Origin: Syntrophales bacterium | Lineage (GTDB): Bacteria > Desulfobacterota > Syntrophia > Syntrophales > PHBD01 | Length of the DNA: 64,000 nucleotides | Assembly (NCBI GenBank): GCA_963668175.1 | Contig: OY764159.1 | Location: 1,248,001 to 1,312,000, forward strand | Reading direction: 5' to 3' | Part shown: piece after piece, positions 58,781 to 64,000 of the stretch | Layout: every line of letters begins with the position of its first letter | Position numbering within the stretch: position 1 is the stretch's first letter | Made by a program: the position numbers and the translations under genes | The notes under the pieces: generated by a model | Told to the model about the DNA's origin: nothing | What the model saw: the letters and a program-made list of their open reading frames with translations, nothing else | The model's database searches: none

Positions 58781-59245
58781 TTGAGCTGGATCAGAAGGCA
58801 GTTTGCCGCCTACCGCCGCCAGGCTGCGATCGTTCTGCTTGCGGGGATCGCCCTTTACGCCGATCTCAATCTCGCGGCCGAAATGATCAAAGGGTATCGG
58901 AATACACGCAAGAGTGACGTCGTGACGGCCTGCGAGACACGAATGCTGCCGCTCAAGGACGCCCTTGCCGGAACACGGGAGGTCGGATACATCACGACCG
59001 TCGATAGCGACAAGATATTCAGCCGGGAAAAGACGTTCGAAGACGTGGAGGTTCTGGCCCATTACATCCTGACCCAATATATCCTGGCCCCCGTTGTTGT
59101 CCGGAACAGCCCCGATTATCCTCTGGTTGTCGGCAATTTCACCGAAGGAAAGCCCGACCCGGCTGTCATCCGGGAGAAGCGCCTTATCCCGGTCAGGGAT
59201 TACGGCGACGGCCTGGTCCTTTACAGGAAGGAGACGCCGAGATAA
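58781..59245 (+). CDS. hypothetical membrane-anchored protein
   Basis: N-terminal hydrophobic segment; TQYILAP; stop overlaps the next start (TAATG). Confidence 0.65.
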   Translation: MSWIRRQFAAYRRQAAIVLLAGIALYADLNLAAEMIKGYRNTRKSDVVTACETRMLPLKDALAGTREVGYITTVDSDKIFSREKTFEDVEVLAHYILTQYILAPVVVRNSPDYPLVVGNFTEGKPDPAVIREKRLIPVRDYGDGLVLYRKETPR

Positions 59246-60786
59246 TGTTCCTTCTCCTTGTGTCCTTCTTCATCGCCATCGCCATCGGGACCCTGATTAC
59301 GCTGACTTTTCTTCCGGCGAAGGAACGGAGCATGAGGGGCCTCGTCTTCGGATTGTGCGCCGGCAGCGGCCTCGGCCTCGGTGTAACGTCGTGCCTCTAT
59401 TTCGTCGTGCTCCTTGTGGGCCAGAGGCGTTATTTCGTCCTGATCGAGATCATGGCCGCGGCCCTTCTGGTCCTGTTATGGCCGGCCCTGATCCGCAAGA
59501 AGATCCGTCCCGCCGCCTCGCCGGACGGTCCGCGCCAGGGAGCCGGCCGGGACATGCATAAGATCCTTTACGGGGTCTTCGGCGTCGCCGTCGTATCTTC
59601 TCTGATTTCGCTCGTCCTCTCTTTCCTGAAGGACCCTCACGGAAAGTGGGATGCCTGGCTGATCTGGAATACCCATGCCAGATTCATCTTCCGCGGCGGC
59701 GAAGCGTGGAGGGACCTCTTTACAAGCGGGCTCGACTGGACGCATCTGGACTATCCCCTGATGCTCCCCTTGTCCGTCGTCCGGGCCTGGCAATATGCCG
59801 GTTACGAGAGTTTATACGCCCCCATGGCCGTTTCTCTGGTTTTCGTCTGCGCCACCGTGGGGCTTCTCTATGCCTCCCTGGCCGTTCTGCGCAGCACCGG
59901 GCAGGGGCTCCTCGGCGGGCTTGCACTCATGGGCGGTCCTTTCTTTCTCATCCTCGGCGCCTATCAGGTAGCCGACATCCCTCTGGCCTTCTTCATCCTG
60001 ACGACGCTTGTCGTCTTTATCATTTACGACCGTTTTTCCGAACAAAACGGCCGGACCCTCGTTCTCGCCGGATTGGCCGCGGGGCTCGCGGCCTGGACCA
60101 AGAACGAAGGCCTGCTCTTTCTGCTGGTTGCGCCGGCGGTCCGCTTTGCCGTCGTTGCCCGTGCGCGAAATGCGGCTTCCGCGGGAAAGGAGATCCCCTG
60201 GTTTTTGGCCGGAGCGGTCCCCGTCGCGATCGTCCTTGCGATCTTCAAGATCGCGCTTGCTCCATCAAACGATATCTTTGCCGGACAATCCCTTCAGGAC
60301 ATGGCGAGCCGTCTTGCGGACCCGTCTCGCTATTTTGAAATTCTCAAGGCCTGGTTCCTGACCGGCTTCACCTTTACCCAGGGCATCCTGAACATCCAGA
60401 CGGGCCTGCGTTTCAATCCCGGCGCGGTAGGGCTCTTGCTGCTCACGGTCTACATGATATTTATGGGCGTTCATGTCAGGGCACAGGACCGCCCGGGCGT
60501 GTATACGGCGGCGGTAGCCCTTCTCGCCACGGCCGGCGGTTTTTTTGCGGTCTATCTCATTACGCCGCAGAACCTCCACTGGCATCTGACAACATCCCTG
60601 AACCGTCTGCTCATGCAGCTATGGCCGGGTTTCCTCTTCTGGTTCTTCATGGCGGCGAGGACACCTGAAGAAAAGGACGTCGGCCGGGTATTCTCGGCGG
60701 CGAAGACGGAGACGGGAGCGGCCGCGAGCCGTGGCAGAAAGAGAAAGGCCGCGAAACAAAAAGGGTCCAAGGAGACGGGTTTGTGA
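59245..60786 (+). CDS. polytopic GT-C-fold glycosyltransferase (PMT/ArnT-like)
   Basis: About 13 TMs; WDAWLIWN, HLDYP, ADIPL, WTKNEG motifs. Confidence 0.7.
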   Translation: MFLLLVSFFIAIAIGTLITLTFLPAKERSMRGLVFGLCAGSGLGLGVTSCLYFVVLLVGQRRYFVLIEIMAAALLVLLWPALIRKKIRPAASPDGPRQGAGRDMHKILYGVFGVAVVSSLISLVLSFLKDPHGKWDAWLIWNTHARFIFRGGEAWRDLFTSGLDWTHLDYPLMLPLSVVRAWQYAGYESLYAPMAVSLVFVCATVGLLYASLAVLRSTGQGLLGGLALMGGPFFLILGAYQVADIPLAFFILTTLVVFIIYDRFSEQNGRTLVLAGLAAGLAAWTKNEGLLFLLVAPAVRFAVVARARNAASAGKEIPWFLAGAVPVAIVLAIFKIALAPSNDIFAGQSLQDMASRLADPSRYFEILKAWFLTGFTFTQGILNIQTGLRFNPGAVGLLLLTVYMIFMGVHVRAQDRPGVYTAAVALLATAGGFFAVYLITPQNLHWHLTTSLNRLLMQLWPGFLFWFFMAARTPEEKDVGRVFSAAKTETGAAASRGRKRKAAKQKGSKETGL

Positions 60787-60847
60787 GTGGTGTGACTCCC
60801 CATAAGTCCCGGCGGATGCCACCGGGGAAAGCGAGCAATGAAATCCT

Positions 60848-61537
60848 ATGAAACTGTCCATTATCATCCCCTGTTATAATGAACGAAATACCATCCGCGA
60901 CATCGTCCTGGCGGTCATCGGATCGCCCATCGCCGACAAGGAGATTATCGTCGTCGACGACTGCTCCACCGACGGGACTATCGATATCTTGAAGTCGGAA
61001 CTGGCGGCTCTCATCGACAAGACGGTTTTTCAAGAACCTAACCAAGGCAAGGGGGCGGCCATCCGGGCCGGCATCAGGGAGGCCACCGGAGACGTCGTCA
61101 TCATCCAGGATGCCGATCTGGAGTACGACCCCAACGAATATCCGGTGATCCTGGAGCCGATTCTCTCGGGCAAGGCGGATGTCGTCTTCGGTTCGCGGTT
61201 CATGGGCGGGCAGCCGCACCGGGTGCTCTATTACTGGCATTACGTCGGCAACACCCTGCTTACGCTTTTGTCCAATATGATGACCAACCTCAACCTGACA
61301 GACATGGAGACCTGCTATAAGGCTTTCCGGCGGGAAGTCATCCAGGGCATCGAGATCGAGGAGTCGCGCTTCGGTTTCGAACCGGAAATAACCGCCAAGG
61401 TTGCCAAGATGAATGTGCGCATCTACGAGGTAGGCATCTCCTATTACGGGCGCTCCTATGCCGAGGGCAAAAAAATCGGCTGGAAAGACGGCCTCCGGGC
61501 GTTTTACTGCATCGTCAAATACAATCTGTTCCGCTGA
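60848..61537 (+). CDS. GT2 polyprenyl-phosphate glycosyltransferase (DPM1-like)
   Basis: [47 protein letters not shown]. Confidence 0.93.
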   Translation: MKLSIIIPCYNERNTIRDIVLAVIGSPIADKEIIVVDDCSTDGTIDILKSELAALIDKTVFQEPNQGKGAAIRAGIREATGDVVIIQDADLEYDPNEYPVILEPILSGKADVVFGSRFMGGQPHRVLYYWHYVGNTLLTLLSNMMTNLNLTDMETCYKAFRREVIQGIEIEESRFGFEPEITAKVAKMNVRIYEVGISYYGRSYAEGKKIGWKDGLRAFYCIVKYNLFR

Positions 61538-61596
61538 CCCGGAACAGCCCTCTGCTGAATTTGCGTTGCGCTTTTCCTGCTGCCGGCGGTTTTAAA

Positions 61597-62421
61597 ATGA
61601 AAGAACCCATTTCCTTTGTCCGCAAGGCTGTTGACTTGTCCTTGCCGGACGGGCGGTTGAGCGGCGAATTTATCGCGCCGTCTGGAGAACCGGCATCTCC
61701 GCCGGGAGCGCCGACGCTGGTCTTTCTCCATGAAGGCCTAGGCAGCATCGGCCAGTGGCGGGATTTCCCCGACGAATTATGCGCCGCCTCCGGCCTTTGC
61801 GGGTTCATCTACGAACGGCAGGGGCATGGCCGTTCCGATCCCTTGGTGGGAAAAAGGACTGTTGCGTATCTCCATAAAGAAGCCCTTCGGGTTTTGCCTG
61901 CGGTCCTCGAGCAAGCGAACATTTCCAACGTGGTCCTGATCGGACACAGCGACGGCGGCTCCATGGCCCTTCTCTTCGCCGCCGCTTATCCCGAAAGGGT
62001 GCTCGGTGTTGTGACGGAGGCGGCCCACGTCTTCGTGGAGGATGTGACCCTGGCCGGAATCCGGAAAGCCGTGGAGCTTTACGCAACATCGCCTATGAAG
62101 CAGCAGCTTGAGAAATATCACGGTGCAAACACCGAAGCCCTTTTCCATGCCTGGGCGGATACCTGGCTTGCACCCGACTTTCGGGACTGGAGCATCGAAT
62201 ATTGCCTCGACCGCATCCGGTGTCCCCTTCTCGCCATACAGGGGCGCGACGACGAGTACGGGACGCCTCTTCAGGTGGAAACGATCGTTGCGCTGGCCGG
62301 GCAAACGGCGCAGCCCCTGATTATCGACGGCTGCGGTCATATCCCCCACCACCAGGCAAAGCGGCAGGTCCTGGCGGCCGTCGTTCCCTTCCTGGCCGGC
62401 TGTATCTCAAAAAGCGTTTGA
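61597..62421 (+). CDS. alpha/beta hydrolase
   Basis: FLHEGLGS, GHSDGG, QGRDDEYG, CGHIPH. Confidence 0.9.
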   Translation: MKEPISFVRKAVDLSLPDGRLSGEFIAPSGEPASPPGAPTLVFLHEGLGSIGQWRDFPDELCAASGLCGFIYERQGHGRSDPLVGKRTVAYLHKEALRVLPAVLEQANISNVVLIGHSDGGSMALLFAAAYPERVLGVVTEAAHVFVEDVTLAGIRKAVELYATSPMKQQLEKYHGANTEALFHAWADTWLAPDFRDWSIEYCLDRIRCPLLAIQGRDDEYGTPLQVETIVALAGQTAQPLIIDGCGHIPHHQAKRQVLAAVVPFLAGCISKSV

Positions 62422-62578
62422 TTTTAAACGGAAGCGGTGCGAATATCTACGATATCGTTCCGGATGCTCGGCTTCACGGATCTCGCCGTGAGGGGGGACG
62501 AAAGCGGGAGGATGTCTTAAGGTTTGTACGGGGCAGTCCCGGTCTTTCGGGACGGAACCATAGGGCAAGGAGGTGAGT

Positions 62579-63025
62579 ATGTTCAAGGAATTCAAAGAAT
62601 TCGCCATGCGGGGAAATGTCGTGGACATGGCCGTCGGCATCATTATCGGCGCGGCATTCGGATCGATCGTGAAATCCTTGGTCGATGACGTGATTATGCC
62701 GCCCATTGGACTCCTCCTGGGGAACGTCGATTTTTCCAATCTCTACCTCGTTTTGAAGCAGGGGACCGTCGCCGGCCCGTATACGGCCCTGGTCGAGGCC
62801 AAGAAAGCCGGCGCCGTGACGATCAATTACGGGCTGTTTGCCAACACCGTTTTGAGCTTCCTGATCGTGGCCTTCGCGGTCTTTCTTCTCGTTCGGGCGA
62901 TCAACCGCCTGAAGCGCAAAGAAGAAACGGCCCCGGCCGTACCGACAACGAAAGAGTGTCCCCGCTGCCTGTCGGTTATCCATATCAAGGCAGCTCGATG
63001 TCCCTTCTGCACGTCGGACCTGTAA
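62579..63025 (+). CDS. mscL: large-conductance mechanosensitive channel with C-terminal zinc ribbon
   Basis: [28 protein letters not shown], tail CPRC...CPFC. Confidence 0.96.
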   Translation: MFKEFKEFAMRGNVVDMAVGIIIGAAFGSIVKSLVDDVIMPPIGLLLGNVDFSNLYLVLKQGTVAGPYTALVEAKKAGAVTINYGLFANTVLSFLIVAFAVFLLVRAINRLKRKEETAPAVPTTKECPRCLSVIHIKAARCPFCTSDL

Positions 63026-63105
63026 AGACGGAAACGGCGGCATGATCGGGTGAGTCGGCCAAGGACGGCGGCGCGGCCGTGTAGCCGGAAAGCGAGGAAA
63101 CATTC

Positions 63106-63588
63106 ATGAGGAAAAAAGACAGGGAGATTCGGGACAGGGCGGAGGTCGACCGGATCATCGGCACAGTTGCGGTCTGCCGCCTCGGCCTGTGCAGGGACAA
63201 CCGGCCCTATGTCGTTCCCGTCTCTTTCGGTTACGACGGCGCTTCCATCTATTTCCATACGCCGCCGGCGGGTATGATGATCGACTATATCGAGGCCAAC
63301 GATGCCGTCTGTTTCGAGATGGAGCACGATGTCCGTATGCTTCCCGCCGAAGACAGCGCCTGTCGCTGGTCCGTATCCTACGTCAGCGTGATCGGTTTCG
63401 GCCGGGTGCGGGAGGTGACTGCGCCGGAAGAGAAGATTGACGCCCTGGAATGGATCATGAGGCAATACAGCGGCAAGGCGTGGGACTTTGATGCGGCGGC
63501 GGCCGGAAAGACGCGTATCTGGCGTATCGCCGTCGAGTCATTGACGGGAAGACAATCGAAGGATAGAATAACGGTTCGATCTTCATAA
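63106..63588 (+). CDS. pyridoxamine 5'-phosphate oxidase-like (NimA-like) flavin-binding protein
   Basis: MRKKDREI, CRLGL, PYVVP, YFH, VCFE, YVSVIGFG. Confidence 0.88.
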   Translation: MRKKDREIRDRAEVDRIIGTVAVCRLGLCRDNRPYVVPVSFGYDGASIYFHTPPAGMMIDYIEANDAVCFEMEHDVRMLPAEDSACRWSVSYVSVIGFGRVREVTAPEEKIDALEWIMRQYSGKAWDFDAAAAGKTRIWRIAVESLTGRQSKDRITVRSS

Positions 63589-63608
63589 GCTGCAGGAAGG
63601 AGTACACG

Positions 63609-64000
63609 ATGCCAAGAAAAAGAATGTTGTGGCCGCTTTTGATCGCCGTGGCCCTGGTGGTTTCGGCATGCGCCGGAAAGGAGGTCCTTCCTCCTCCGAA
63701 ACCGGCCAAGGTGGCCATCGTCCTGGGCGCGGGCGCGTCGAAAGGGTTTGCCCATATCGGTGTCCTGAAGGTCCTGGAGAGCCAGAAAATCCCGATCCAC
63801 ATGGTCGTGGGAACCAGCGTCGGCAGTTTTGTCGGGAGCCTGTATGCTTACGGCTTCGATGCCATGACGCTTCACACCATCGCCCTGTCGCTCGAAAAGG
63901 ACGCCGTGGTCGATCTGACGTTTCCGGACAACGGATTTATCAAAGGGGAGAAGCTCCGGGACTATGTCAACAGGTCCCTCCGGAATACCCCGATCGAAAA
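63609..64000 (+). CDS. patatin-like phospholipase lipoprotein (runs off the window)
   Basis: Manual translation MPRKRMLWPLLIAVALVVSAC...VLGAGASKGFAHIGVL...GTSVG; GGAAGGAG RBS. Confidence 0.9.
   Translation, partial: MPRKRMLWPLLIAVALVVSACAGKEVLPPPKPAKVAIVLGAGASKGFAHIGVLKVLESQKIPIHMVVGTSVGSFVGSLYAYGFDAMTLHTIALSLEKDAVVDLTFPDNGFIKGEKLRDYVNRSLRNTPIE

Overview
GC-rich, gene-dense bacterial chromosome segment. Gene content suggests an anaerobic deltaproteobacterium (Syntrophales/Desulfobacterota-like); this is inference only. Housekeeping genes dominate: rdgC-like (partial), nadK, recN, mltA, secA, argJ, rpsB-tsf-pyrH-frr with an S2-type leader, tRNA-Met, rsmA, tsaD, nadB, purB, bamD, mscL, a two-subunit pyruvate-carboxylase-like enzyme and paaK. 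Poorly characterised accessory genes lie between them. I saw no CRISPR array, rRNA, IS/transposase, integrase or phage genes. The most notable observations are: (1) a TPM-nucleotidyltransferase-LemA operon; (2) a YihY/BrkB membrane protein fused to a Crp-like cNMP+HTH module, upstream of a GT-C/GT2 glycosylation cassette; (3) a CoA-transferase-fold/GNAT fusion lacking the catalytic Glu; (4) an orphan sigma28-type cluster of small FlaG/YjfB-like genes; (5) a carboxyltransferase with altered substrate-pocket motifs; (6) a perfectly symmetric bidirectional promoter between tsaD and nadB; (7) several small Cys-rich proteins. All calls rest on motif recognition without database searches, so novelty is unverified.
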